Shown here: positions 41,141 through 50,564 of the stretch, in pieces
Layout of the letters: the number at the start of each line of letters is the position of its first letter
How positions within the stretch are numbered: position 1 is the stretch's first letter
Position numbers and translations under genes: made by a program
DNA from: a virus
Taxonomy: Duplodnaviria > Caudoviricetes
DNA: 64,000 bases
IMG/VR virus record: IMGVR_UViG_3300021255_004427
Span: 96,001 to 160,000 of that record
Reading direction: 5' to 3' (one strand)
The notes under the pieces: model-generated
What the model was told of the DNA's origin: nothing
Seen by the model: only the letters and a program-made list of their open reading frames with translations
Database searches by the model: none

Positions 41141-42016
41141 ATGCGAAAAGAGATTATAAGCGCCATTCTTGTGGCTATCGCGTTAATTGTGATGGCCACA
41201 GGTGGCTCTTTTTGTCAGGCAGGCTCTATCCATGATGAAGCACCCGCCCGCCTTGTCGATACGACAAAGACGCTGACGGTAGAAGAAAAAGCCAAGATTA
41301 ACGACCAGCTCGAAGCACTCCATAATGCAGGGAAGGCCGAAATGGTTGTTGTCATGGTTCCCGACCTTGAAGGAAAAACCGTGGAGGAATTCTCCATGGA
41401 TATTGCAGAACGCTGGAAGGTCGGGAAAAAGGGAGAAGATAACGGCCTCCTTCTTGTGATTGCAAAAGATGAACACAAAATGCGTCTTGAGGTTGGCCGT
41501 GGTCTGGAAGGAAGTATTACAGATGGTATGGCCGGCGAAATAATCGACCGGATGAAACCACAGCTCCGAAACAATGATTTCGCAGGAGCAATCCTTAGTG
41601 CAACAGCAGATGTGGAATTAAAGATTGACGGCAAGGAAATCGAGCATAAAGGTGTAGATGGCCTTATCGATACGATATGCGATATTATCATTGTGCTCGC
41701 TTGCATTTATGCAGTGCTGATTTTCTTTACATGGTTGTACGAGGCACATAGAGCGAAATATCGGTACGGATTTATTAACAAAAGCTACGCTTATCGCTTC
41801 TTCTCGATTACCGTGTTCCTGTGGGCTGTTGAAAGCGTTTTTGAAGCAACGTTCGATATACTTATCACCATACCGCTCGATTGCTTAGGCGGTGAAAGTA
41901 GCGGCGGATATTCCGGCGGCTCAAGCTCATTTGATTCAGGCAGCTCATTTGATTCGGGCGGCTCATTTGATTCGGGCGGCTCATTTGATGGCGGCGGCTC
42001 TTCCGGTGATTGGTAA
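41141..42016 (+). CDS. TPM-domain (YgcG-like) membrane protein
   Basis: Signal peptide; WKVGKKGEDNGLLLVIA...RLEVGRGLEG.ITD; TM segments; Gly/Ser tail ending GGGSSGDW. Confidence 0.9.
   Translation: MRKEIISAILVAIALIVMATGGSFCQAGSIHDEAPARLVDTTKTLTVEEKAKINDQLEALHNAGKAEMVVVMVPDLEGKTVEEFSMDIAERWKVGKKGEDNGLLLVIAKDEHKMRLEVGRGLEGSITDGMAGEIIDRMKPQLRNNDFAGAILSATADVELKIDGKEIEHKGVDGLIDTICDIIIVLACIYAVLIFFTWLYEAHRAKYRYGFINKSYAYRFFSITVFLWAVESVFEATFDILITIPLDCLGGESSGGYSGGSSSFDSGSSFDSGGSFDSGGSFDGGGSSGDW
41927..42000 (+). repeat. 18-bp tandem repeat (about 4 copies) encoding SFDSGG
   Basis: GCTCATTTGATTC(A/G)GGC(A/G) repeated in the TPM gene tail. Confidence 0.8.
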
Positions 42017-42027
42017 AACGTATTTTG

Positions 42028-42054
42028 TAGAGGGCGAAAAGCCCTCTATTTTTT
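42028..42054 (+). terminator. Intrinsic terminator
   Basis: TAGAGGGC-GAAAA-GCCCTCTA + T-run. Confidence 0.85.
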
Positions 42055-42066
42055 CCCTCTAAACTC

Positions 42067-42105
42067 TTGACTTTTTATCTTGATAGGTGTATACTTTAAT
42101 CAAGA
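42067..42105 (+). promoter_or_regulatory. Sigma70 promoter with an inverted repeat flanking the -10 box
   Basis: TTGACT (42067)-17 bp-TATACT (42090); TCTTGAT (42078)...ATCAAGA (42099). Confidence 0.7.
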
Positions 42106-42121
42106 AAGGAGATGAAGGGTA

Positions 42122-42529
42122 TTGAGAGATGGACATTACACCAAGGCCGACATAACCGAATTGAATGTATATAAAGAACCCGGTCGGGTGCAAGTCGCGG
42201 TTGCAACATTAAAAAACGGCGCAAAAATATTGAGTAATGGTTTTGATATCGAAATAACCGAAAATCCAAAAGCCTTTAGTGAAAAACAGGTCTATACGAA
42301 CTATAAAAAATGCAAAGTTCCAGACCTGTACGCTACAGTAGCAGAAATTGTCTATAAAAAGGCGTATGGGCACGGTGGTTATCGACCTGGCGCCGGCAGG
42401 AAAAAAGACGAGAGTAAAGCGGAACGGTCTCCACGCACGTTTAGACTGACAGGTATAGAATACCAGAAAGTAAAAACGTTCATTGAAGAGATGCGCAAGG
42501 AAGGCAAGGAAAGTGAGGAAGAGTCATGA
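42122..42529 (+). CDS. Putative DNA-binding protein (GGxRxGAGRK + ribbon-helix-helix-like tail)
   Basis: HGGYRPGAGRKK...RTFRLT..EYQKVK. Confidence 0.55.
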   Translation: MRDGHYTKADITELNVYKEPGRVQVAVATLKNGAKILSNGFDIEITENPKAFSEKQVYTNYKKCKVPDLYATVAEIVYKKAYGHGGYRPGAGRKKDESKAERSPRTFRLTGIEYQKVKTFIEEMRKEGKESEEES

Positions 42530-43125
42530 GGATTTTAGCGAAGATATTGTTTTCCGTAACAATTGGTCTGGCGATTATCTTATCATCTGTATCGGTAAGC
42601 GAAGCTAAGTATATGGGGATAGTTTTTAAGCAGGATGCAAAAGGCTTCACGTTTAATACCGCTAGTAATAGAGAGTGGCTAAAGAATCATATCCAAAGCA
42701 AACTTAAAGAGCACGGCGAGTATTGGACAATTGAATGGAAAGACGCAAATAGTTTGACCGGATGGCAGTATACTGACGAACTGGCCAGAGCTGCAGCGAA
42801 TTGGGATCCAAACGCTTACGGACTTGTTGTTATTATAGATGAATGCTTCATTAATCATACGGACTTTAGTCATTGGCGCACGGGCCATGTTGACCTAAAG
42901 GACCCGTTCGTGGGTGTAAATCTTTGGCTTTATCGTGGTGACGGCGAGCCGGTGCATCTTGCAGGATGCAGCAAACACCTGACAAACAGGCAGGAGAGCG
43001 ACGAAAAGCTATTCAATTATCTTTTCCGCAAATGCTCTGTGCAGAACTGGGATGATTTCATTATGAAAACACTTTTCCCCGTTCAGGAAAAACCAAAAGG
43101 GAATTACTTTGAAGACTATATGTAA
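42526..43125 (+). CDS. Hypothetical secreted protein (199 aa)
   Basis: Signal peptide ending in S-E-A; ATGA overlap with the upstream gene. Confidence 0.55.
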   Translation: MRILAKILFSVTIGLAIILSSVSVSEAKYMGIVFKQDAKGFTFNTASNREWLKNHIQSKLKEHGEYWTIEWKDANSLTGWQYTDELARAAANWDPNAYGLVVIIDECFINHTDFSHWRTGHVDLKDPFVGVNLWLYRGDGEPVHLAGCSKHLTNRQESDEKLFNYLFRKCSVQNWDDFIMKTLFPVQEKPKGNYFEDYM

Positions 43126-43127
43126 GG

Positions 43128-44870
43128 ATGTGGATAGATTTGGTTAACAAATATATAAAGAGAACCCCACCGGAAAGCGCAGGTTTTACATTGCAGGATG
43201 TGCAGGAAATTTCTGCAGAGAGCAATATCCCGCAGGTATTAGTGGCTGCTCTGGCCAACAGAGGGTTTTCTCCAAAGGAGGCTAGAGATATTCTTCTGCA
43301 GGATATTCCTGCGGAAGAACTAATCTCAAAGCCGTTAAATGGGGCTGAAAAAGCCGCAGATGGAATTCTTGCCCATATAAACAGGGGCGATGCTATAGGA
43401 ATTTTTGCTGACTATGATTGCGACGGCGTAACTTCCGGCTTCGTGATGTACGAGGGCCTTAATGAAATAATAAAACACCTTGACTCGGCAAGTAAGGTTG
43501 GCGTATACTATCCTCAAAGAAGTGAAGGGTATGGTCTTAATATTGAATATTGTAAGAAGGCTGTAGCCAATAAGGTAGGGCTTGTAGTAACTGTAGATAA
43601 TGGCATTACAGTAAAAGAGCAATGTGCCTTCTTACAAGAAAATGGTGTCGATATTGTTGTAACCGACCATCATGAGCCAATTAAAACAAAGCTTCCTGAT
43701 TGCACAATCGTAGATCCGTGTTATTCTGATACTGACCGCAGCTATATGGCGGGTGTCGCAGTCGCCTTTAACGTAATCCAGACTATGGCAAACAAAGTAA
43801 ATTGCAAGTTGGATACGGGCAGACTCTATCCGGCAGTAGCTATCGGAACTATCTCAGACTGCATGCCGATGTGCTATGAAAATTCAGCTTATGTAAAAAT
43901 CGGCCTCGGATTAATCAATAAAGGCGAAGCGGGAAAATTCCTCGCAATGATTAAGGGAGATAATCCCTTAACCTATACACCTACTGACATATCTTTTACA
44001 ATTGCGCCCATGATAAATGCCGCTTCCCGCATGGGGGATACAAGAATCGGCGCGGTTGGTTTTATTTCCGATGACGACAAAGTAATTTCGTCAGCAATAA
44101 GCAGTTTGCAGGAACTTAACAAAAATCGTAAAGACGTAACCGATATGGCAAGAAAAGCGGTGTCACATCTGGATCCGGGAGAAAACAAAATCGTTTGCTT
44201 CGATGGCAAAGATTTTGGTAAGGGGGTTCACGGCATTATCGCTGGCGAAATCTCTAAACGCTTTGTCGACTACCCTGCATTTGTTTATATAGTAAAGGAA
44301 GCCAACGGGAAAAAGGTCATGGCCGGGTCTATCCGTTGTGGTAATCCCGGAGTCAATTGCATAGAGATATTTAATAAGCTTAAGAAGCAGGGCGTCGTTA
44401 AGATGGTGGCAGGACATTCCTCCGCATGTGTTCTGGAAGTCTATTCAGACCGAAAAGAGGAGTTCCTTGCAGGATTCAACTCTCTGTACAGCTCAATGGA
44501 AATTCCGCCCGCAATAATGGGATTGGACGCATCCTTAACCATAAAACAGGCAACGGACAACGCGACGCTTATTGCGCTCAATAAAATTCCATTCACTGTA
44601 CAAGAAGAACCACTCTTCGGCATCTCCAATGTAATGATTAATGAGGTGTACAGATCCAGAAACAATCCGGACAATATCCGCTTCACGTTGGCAGATAATA
44701 CCGGCTATAAACAGGCTTGGGCCTGGAAGTTTGCTTCCCGCTACAAAGAACTCGGTGAACCCAACGAAGTACACCTTGTATGTACGATAACTCAGGACTT
44801 TATGAACAAACGCTCGCCTAAGGCTGCGATTAAGATAGTGGATATGATTCCGGTCAAAAGAACGGCTTAA
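43128..44870 (+). CDS. recJ: ssDNA 5'-3' exonuclease RecJ (DHH family)
   Basis: ADYDCDGVTS; VTVDNGI; VTDHH; GTISD; APMINAASR; GSIR. Confidence 0.92.
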   Translation: MWIDLVNKYIKRTPPESAGFTLQDVQEISAESNIPQVLVAALANRGFSPKEARDILLQDIPAEELISKPLNGAEKAADGILAHINRGDAIGIFADYDCDGVTSGFVMYEGLNEIIKHLDSASKVGVYYPQRSEGYGLNIEYCKKAVANKVGLVVTVDNGITVKEQCAFLQENGVDIVVTDHHEPIKTKLPDCTIVDPCYSDTDRSYMAGVAVAFNVIQTMANKVNCKLDTGRLYPAVAIGTISDCMPMCYENSAYVKIGLGLINKGEAGKFLAMIKGDNPLTYTPTDISFTIAPMINAASRMGDTRIGAVGFISDDDKVISSAISSLQELNKNRKDVTDMARKAVSHLDPGENKIVCFDGKDFGKGVHGIIAGEISKRFVDYPAFVYIVKEANGKKVMAGSIRCGNPGVNCIEIFNKLKKQGVVKMVAGHSSACVLEVYSDRKEEFLAGFNSLYSSMEIPPAIMGLDASLTIKQATDNATLIALNKIPFTVQEEPLFGISNVMINEVYRSRNNPDNIRFTLADNTGYKQAWAWKFASRYKELGEPNEVHLVCTITQDFMNKRSPKAAIKIVDMIPVKRTA

Positions 44871-44899
44871 TATCCGGAAAAACTAAGGGGGATATTATT

Positions 44900-47800
44900 T
44901 TGGCACTAAATGAATTAATTTGCGAAATAGCAGGAGAAGATCCGCGTAAGGAGATTGCCGCTCAGTTTGCGGGCGGCAATGCAGATTTTGTTCACTGCCA
45001 CCTGCATACAATTTATTCAACACTCGATGGTTTGTGTAAGCCGGATGTACTTGCAAAACGAGCAAAAGAACTGGGGTTCAAAGCTGTTGCTGTAACAGAC
45101 CACGGTCATAGTGGTGGGGCGCTGGCCTTCCAACAGGCGATGAAAAAGCAGGGAATTAAATCTCTGCTTGGGGCAGAGCTGTACTACACGCCGGATATGA
45201 AAATTGCGGCCATGGAAAAAGAAGACCGTGATGCCTGGGCTTTGCGTGAACTTCTTAAAGATAAAGAAGCAAGATGTATTTGCAACTGGGACATCACCAA
45301 GAAAAAAAGTGATAGAAAATCCAGGGACGAATATATGGCAATGCTTCTTGAAACTATCGAAGACCAGACACAGCGCGACATCAAAAACGTTACGATTGAA
45401 AATATACGCAAGGTGTTTGGTAAAGATGAGATGTCCGCATTCAAGCGTCTTAACAAAGACATCTTTGATGAGTTTGCCTATGATATGCGCCAGTATCATT
45501 TAATCGTGATTGCCATGAACCAGACAGGCTGGAAAAATCTGGTAGCTATCCAGTCGATTGCTTCCAGAGAGTGCCAGTATAATAACCGCGCGCTGACTGA
45601 TCTCAATCTCCTGAAGAAATATAACGAGGGCCTTATCATCTGTACAGCATGTGTCGGATCGATCTTCAGTCGTTATGTGCAAAAGCGCAGACCTGACCTT
45701 GCAGAAGAGGCGCTGCTCGAATTTAAGGAAGTATTCGGCGACAGATTTTATCTCGAAATCCAGCCCATAACCATTCCGCAGCAGATGATGACAAACCCCT
45801 TCTATATGGAAATGGCCAAGAAGCACGACATTAAGACCATCGCCACAACCGATACGCATTACGTTTTTAAGGAAGATCACGAAGTTCATGATGCTTATAT
45901 GTGTATCAGCACAGGTCGTTATCTGGACGATACAATCGATAGAGAGCGCTGGGAAGCCGCGCATAAAAGCGGAAAATCAGAATACAAGGAACGTATGAAG
46001 TATACCAACGACTATTGGTTCCGCGATGTAAACGAAATGATAGATGCCTTCTTAACTCAAGAAGACTATGGTAAAAACTTCTTCTCTGAAGAAAATAAAC
46101 TGTCTATCGAAGAATATCGCAGATACTGGATTGCTGCTATGAAAGAAACGGTAAGCTTAGCAAATCGCGTTGAAGATAACATTCTTATCGGTTCGGCGAC
46201 AACACTTTATCCAAAAGTTAAAAACATCCCCCAAGGTTTTACCTCTGATAGCTGGCTCACCGCACAGGCTGTAAATGGTTTGGTAAAATATGCCGACAAG
46301 ATGAAGAAGGCCGGCACGCCAATCGACTTCAAGGCTTATTCTGACCGTCTTTTTGATGAATTGGCCGTTATTAAGACAAAGCATTATGCAGACTACTTCC
46401 TTGGTGTTCAGGAATACACCAACTGGGCTAACTCTATTAATCCAGAGACTGGTTTGCCGTTCTGCTGTTCGGGGCCGGGAAGAGGATCTGCCGGGGCAAG
46501 CCTGGTACTGTTCTGTATCGGTATCACCCACAATATAGACCCTGTAAAATACGACTTAATGTTTTCTCGTTTTCTAACCATGGATAGAAACGAGCCGCCA
46601 GATATCGATTTGGATTTTAGCTGGAAACACCGGCCACTTGTTATCCACCATCTTGAAGAAGTATACGGCGAAGACCATGTGTGTCATATTGGTGCATGGA
46701 CAACAGAATCTATCTATACAGGCATTAAAGACTTTGCGCGCGTACTTGCAAAACCGGTAAGCGTCGCAGATAAAATCAATAAAGAGCTGCAGGCGATTTG
46801 CAACAAAGATCCTAAAGCATGTTTCAAGATGTTCGATGACATGAAGGAGTCCAATCCTGATGGGTATAAACGTTTTAAGGCTCTTGAGGAAAGCGAACCG
46901 CAAGTGTTTAAATATGCAAGACAATGCGAAGGTGTTATCCGCCAATGGACAACTCACGCATCTGGCGTTATTGCATGTCCGGAAACCCTTATCGGCTTAA
47001 TTCCTACTAGATATGATAAGAGCGAAAATACCACAGTTGCCTTGTTTAGCGGAGTGGAATGTGAAAAAGCTGGGCTTATCAAATTTGATGTCCTTGGTCT
47101 AAAGACGCTTGATATTGTAGAAGGGACATTATTATCCATCGGCAAGGATTTCGAATGGCTTTATAATACTGTTACAATGGACGATAAGAAAGCTTTTAAG
47201 ATGATTTGTGAAGGCAAGACGGAAGCCATGTTCCAAATTGAGTCCGATATGATGAAGGGGCTGGTAAAAAACATTCAGCCAACAAGCATAGAAGACCTTT
47301 CCGCTCTTGTGGCGATCGGTCGACCGGGGCCACTATCAGTAGGTGTAGATAAAGACTATGCCGATTGGAAAAAGCACCCTGAAAATATAAAAGAATATTT
47401 GCCAAATATTCAAGATTTTCTTGTCCGTTCTCATGGAACAATTGTCTACCAAGAACAGTTGATGCAGATATCTATGCGCTGTTTTGGTTTTAATCAGGCC
47501 CAGTCCGATAGCATAATGAGGAAAATTTTGGGCAAGAAAAAGGTAGAGCAGCTTCCTATGCTACGCCGCATTATGATATATGGAATGAAATCCGGCAAGG
47601 GGCCGGACGGATGGAGAGAAAATGAAGATTCTGTATGGTATGACGAAGATGGCCATTATGGTGATCCGATTTGTGGCGGCATTGCATTGGGGTATAATAA
47701 AGAACAAATCGAAAAGTTCTTTAATGATATCCAAGGGTTTGCCTCATATTGTTTTAACCTTGGGCACTCGTTGGCGTATGGGTATATCGCACTACTTTCT

Positions 47801-48661
47801 GCATACCTTAAAGCACACTATCCGTCCCAGTTTATGGCCTCTGTAATCTCTATGGCCAACGACGACGACAAGAAAGAGAAGTACATGAAGACTTGTGAAG
47901 ACCTCGGTATCAAAATCACACCGCCGGATGTCAATCTCTCTAAAGAAGGCTTTACTGCAACGAGCGACAAAACTATCTCCTATGGTCTTTCCTCTATAAA
48001 AGGAATTAAACAGACAGCAGATATTATTGCCAATGCGCCTTATAAAGACCTCAAAGATGCGTACGAGCGTATTCCGAAGAAGTCCTTTAATAAGAAAGTG
48101 GCGGAAGGGTTAATCAAGGCCGGCGCCTTTGATTTTGCGAATAAAAACCGAAAAGAGCTTCTGAACGAATATATCACGCTTTCCAATCAGGGAAAGACGA
48201 AGAGCCAGCAGCGTGAGCTTTTGGAAAACACCACGTACGACAAAATGGATTGTATGCAGATGGAAGTAGAAACGCTTGGCCGTTCTATCACATACGAACC
48301 TGCATGGAAAGGCGCTCTTGCCGGGGAACGTCTCTCTGGTAATTGCACACTCAAGAGCATTAAGCACCATATTACAAAATCTACCAAGAAACGTATGGCC
48401 ATGCTCACTGTAATCAATGAGACTTATGCGATTGAAGCGTTGCTTTTCCCGAAAGAATATCCTAAATACGTTAATCTCTTGAATAACTACGAGGATGGAC
48501 AACTGGTGTATATTGAAGGTGCGATGGATAAAGAAGGCAAGAAGCTCATTATCAATAGCATCAGCGCACCGCAGATTGAGAATCAGGAGCCGGAAAAAGC
48601 TGTTAACAATACCGGCATGCCAGTATTCAACTTTGACCCATTCGACTTCAATGCTGCGTAA
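44900..48661 (+). CDS. dnaE: DNA polymerase III alpha subunit (family C)
   Basis: PHP motifs HCHLHTIYSTLDG and VTDHG; GRGSAGASL; PPDIDLDF; KFDVLGLKTL; YQEQLMQ; SYCFN..H; C-terminal OB fold. Confidence 0.95.
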   Translation: MALNELICEIAGEDPRKEIAAQFAGGNADFVHCHLHTIYSTLDGLCKPDVLAKRAKELGFKAVAVTDHGHSGGALAFQQAMKKQGIKSLLGAELYYTPDMKIAAMEKEDRDAWALRELLKDKEARCICNWDITKKKSDRKSRDEYMAMLLETIEDQTQRDIKNVTIENIRKVFGKDEMSAFKRLNKDIFDEFAYDMRQYHLIVIAMNQTGWKNLVAIQSIASRECQYNNRALTDLNLLKKYNEGLIICTACVGSIFSRYVQKRRPDLAEEALLEFKEVFGDRFYLEIQPITIPQQMMTNPFYMEMAKKHDIKTIATTDTHYVFKEDHEVHDAYMCISTGRYLDDTIDRERWEAAHKSGKSEYKERMKYTNDYWFRDVNEMIDAFLTQEDYGKNFFSEENKLSIEEYRRYWIAAMKETVSLANRVEDNILIGSATTLYPKVKNIPQGFTSDSWLTAQAVNGLVKYADKMKKAGTPIDFKAYSDRLFDELAVIKTKHYADYFLGVQEYTNWANSINPETGLPFCCSGPGRGSAGASLVLFCIGITHNIDPVKYDLMFSRFLTMDRNEPPDIDLDFSWKHRPLVIHHLEEVYGEDHVCHIGAWTTESIYTGIKDFARVLAKPVSVADKINKELQAICNKDPKACFKMFDDMKESNPDGYKRFKALEESEPQVFKYARQCEGVIRQWTTHASGVIACPETLIGLIPTRYDKSENTTVALFSGVECEKAGLIKFDVLGLKTLDIVEGTLLSIGKDFEWLYNTVTMDDKKAFKMICEGKTEAMFQIESDMMKGLVKNIQPTSIEDLSALVAIGRPGPLSVGVDKDYADWKKHPENIKEYLPNIQDFLVRSHGTIVYQEQLMQISMRCFGFNQAQSDSIMRKILGKKKVEQLPMLRRIMIYGMKSGKGPDGWRENEDSVWYDEDGHYGDPICGGIALGYNKEQIEKFFNDIQGFASYCFNLGHSLAYGYIALLSAYLKAHYPSQFMASVISMANDDDKKEKYMKTCEDLGIKITPPDVNLSKEGFTATSDKTISYGLSSIKGIKQTADIIANAPYKDLKDAYERIPKKSFNKKVAEGLIKAGAFDFANKNRKELLNEYITLSNQGKTKSQQRELLENTTYDKMDCMQMEVETLGRSITYEPAWKGALAGERLSGNCTLKSIKHHITKSTKKRMAMLTVINETYAIEALLFPKEYPKYVNLLNNYEDGQLVYIEGAMDKEGKKLIINSISAPQIENQEPEKAVNNTGMPVFNFDPFDFNAA

Positions 48662-48730
48662 TCGCCTCAAAAGCAGGTAATATAGGAATCGTACCCGTCA
48701 AGTTAACCTGTCTAGCAGAAAGGAAAATGC

Positions 48731-49012
48731 ATGATGGAAAAAACGAATCAGGTAACGATTCAGAAATCTATCGAAGCTTCTCTCAAGGTTCTTGAGACTG
48801 TAGGTGACCCCACGGTTGTGAGTGAAGCCAAGAAGATTGAGGCGAATGTCAACAAAATGGTTGATATTAACCGCCCGATGGTAGAGGCTTACGCTGAAGA
48901 GCTGAAAGCTTTTGACCAGAGCCTTGTTGCTAAGTATGGCATGAAGGCGGCCCGTGTTATTGAAGCTGCAATTCTTGTAGCACTGGCAGTAAAAAATTTT
49001 TATCTGGGCTGA
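48731..49012 (+). CDS. Small protein with C-terminal TM anchor
   Basis: SD AAAGGA; hydrophobic C-terminus. Confidence 0.6.
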   Translation: MMEKTNQVTIQKSIEASLKVLETVGDPTVVSEAKKIEANVNKMVDINRPMVEAYAEELKAFDQSLVAKYGMKAARVIEAAILVALAVKNFYLG

Positions 49013-49028
49013 TCTGCCCAAAGAAACC

Positions 49029-49053
49029 AGACCGGAGCAATCCGGTCTTTTTT
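49029..49053 (+). terminator. Intrinsic terminator (GCAA tetraloop)
   Basis: AGACCGGA-GCAA-TCCGGTCT + T-run. Confidence 0.88.
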
Positions 49054-49101
49054 CTATGCTGCAAAACGGGCGGTAATATCTGATAGAAAGGCGGTGGGAA
49101 A

Positions 49102-49323
49102 ATGAGGCCAACAATTCTTAGTGATAACCCATATATCCGTGAGAACCGAGAACTGATTAACAGAATTCGCGAGATTTGCCATGCGGGCGGCGATACGGGG
49201 CGCGCTCTTTATGAACAGATTCCGGAATTTGAACACAGTGAGGGACCGAACGGCGAATGGATATACTTAAAACCCGTCAAGGACGGTTTTTATGGGTGGG
49301 CTATTCCGGACTGGGGAGAATAA
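49102..49323 (+). CDS. Hypothetical protein (73 aa)
   Basis: SD-like AAGGCGGTG; preceded by GTAATA. Confidence 0.5.
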   Translation: MRPTILSDNPYIRENRELINRIREICHAGGDTGRALYEQIPEFEHSEGPNGEWIYLKPVKDGFYGWAIPDWGE

Positions 49324-49453
49324 TTTGTAGCAATTTTCCAGAAAAACTTTTATCAGCCATGTTTATATGGAAAAGACCTTCCGTAATGTCGGTGTGAGAT
49401 TGAGCAAAACAGTATACTTCTCTTTCTAACGCATCTTCACTTACAGGAAAGAG

Positions 49454-49729
49454 GTGGCAAAAGTTTTGTTTAAGCAACTTCTTAAAATGCTTTTTTGTGA
49501 AAACGAAGAAGCTAGTTTGTCCAAGGTGCTTACGGCCTTATATTTTTTGCTGTTTGCGGGCGTAAGCATCTATCTCGTAGTCTTCAATATTCATTGGCAG
49601 AGCTATGAGATTTTCGCAGCCTTTGCCGGCGGTGGTGGCGCTGTTGCACAGGTTTCGCACAAATTCATAAACAGCAAGTACAATTCGGTTCCGGGCGGTT
49701 TTGAGTCGAATCAGGTCGACCGGAAGTAA
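49454..49729 (+). CDS. Holin-like two-TM membrane protein
   Basis: 91 aa, two hydrophobic segments, charged C-terminus; adjacent to an amidase-like gene. Confidence 0.5.
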   Translation: MAKVLFKQLLKMLFCENEEASLSKVLTALYFLLFAGVSIYLVVFNIHWQSYEIFAAFAGGGGAVAQVSHKFINSKYNSVPGGFESNQVDRK

Positions 49730-49748
49730 ACCGAGAAGGATTTTTAAC

Positions 49749-50147
49749 ATGAGAACTGAATTTTGGAATGAGCTCGAAGAAATCGCGCTCGAAGCCAAGG
49801 AAGCTCTCTGGTGTCAGGCTGAGACGGAAGATGTGGATATTACAATCAGCGTCTTCCGTCAAAGTACTATTTTTGAAGACTATCATATTGTAATCGATGA
49901 AGAAGCGAAGCTTATCGTCGTGGACGAGAACTTTAAAAACAGTGGCGCCGATATTCGAGTGGCAGTCATATCTGACCATGGCGATATTAACGAAGACCAG
50001 ATGCAGACATTGGCTGGGGCACTCGCCGTACTGGTAGATGTGCTCGATATTGAATTTGACGATGGGCATATTTTCCTGCCAGACTGTTTATCTACGGAAG
50101 AAGTTCTGGAGATAACAGAATGGTATTTGGAAAATGGTTTTGAATAA
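49749..50147 (+). CDS. Acidic, apparently catalytically dead N-acetylmuramoyl-L-alanine amidase (amidase_2)-like protein
   Basis: ELEEIALEA...LW; FEDYHIVID; QMQTLA...AVL..VLDI; terminal WY. Zn-ligand His positions are missing. Start ATG 49749 after AGAAGGA. Confidence 0.5.
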   Translation: MRTEFWNELEEIALEAKEALWCQAETEDVDITISVFRQSTIFEDYHIVIDEEAKLIVVDENFKNSGADIRVAVISDHGDINEDQMQTLAGALAVLVDVLDIEFDDGHIFLPDCLSTEEVLEITEWYLENGFE

Positions 50148-50170
50148 GCCGCTTTTTGGAGGGGCACATA

Positions 50171-50368
50171 ATGGCAGTAAAAACGATTGAGGTTGTAAGC
50201 GACCGCCCGCTTAGCTCCGTAGAAATGGCAAAGATCCAGGGTATCCTGGTAGAATCAAAATGCGAATACGAATCTCTCAGAAACTCTATTGATGGAGTAA
50301 CCGGTTTTGACGGCGGAGTAATTACAATCGGCTCCGGCATTGGCTACAGATCATATATTGAAGTTTGA
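50171..50368 (+). CDS. Hypothetical protein (65 aa)
   Basis: GGAGGG SD before ATG 50171. Confidence 0.55.
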   Translation: MAVKTIEVVSDRPLSSVEMAKIQGILVESKCEYESLRNSIDGVTGFDGGVITIGSGIGYRSYIEV

Positions 50369-50376
50369 GAGCATAC

Positions 50377-50420
50377 AAAAAGAGCGGCGGCCCATTAAGT
50401 AAATAGGCGCCACTCTTTTT
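50377..50420 (+). terminator. Possible (bidirectional) terminator hairpin
   Basis: AAAAAGAGCGGCG...CGCCACTCTTTTT. Confidence 0.5.
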
Positions 50421-50564
50421 GCGTAGTAGAGCTAAAGTAGTTTTCAAGGAGGAAATAAACGCTTGTCTTAAAGACACTCGCACCTCCAATATTACCGGGA
50501 TTTTCTCTTTTGATACCGGATAGCAACAAAGCATGTAAGGAAATATTTTTTAGAGGTAACACGA

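Noticed and set aside
44900-48661. Intein or intron in dnaE
   Set aside because: The ORF is continuous, and its insertions lack intein terminal motifs or homing-endonuclease motifs.
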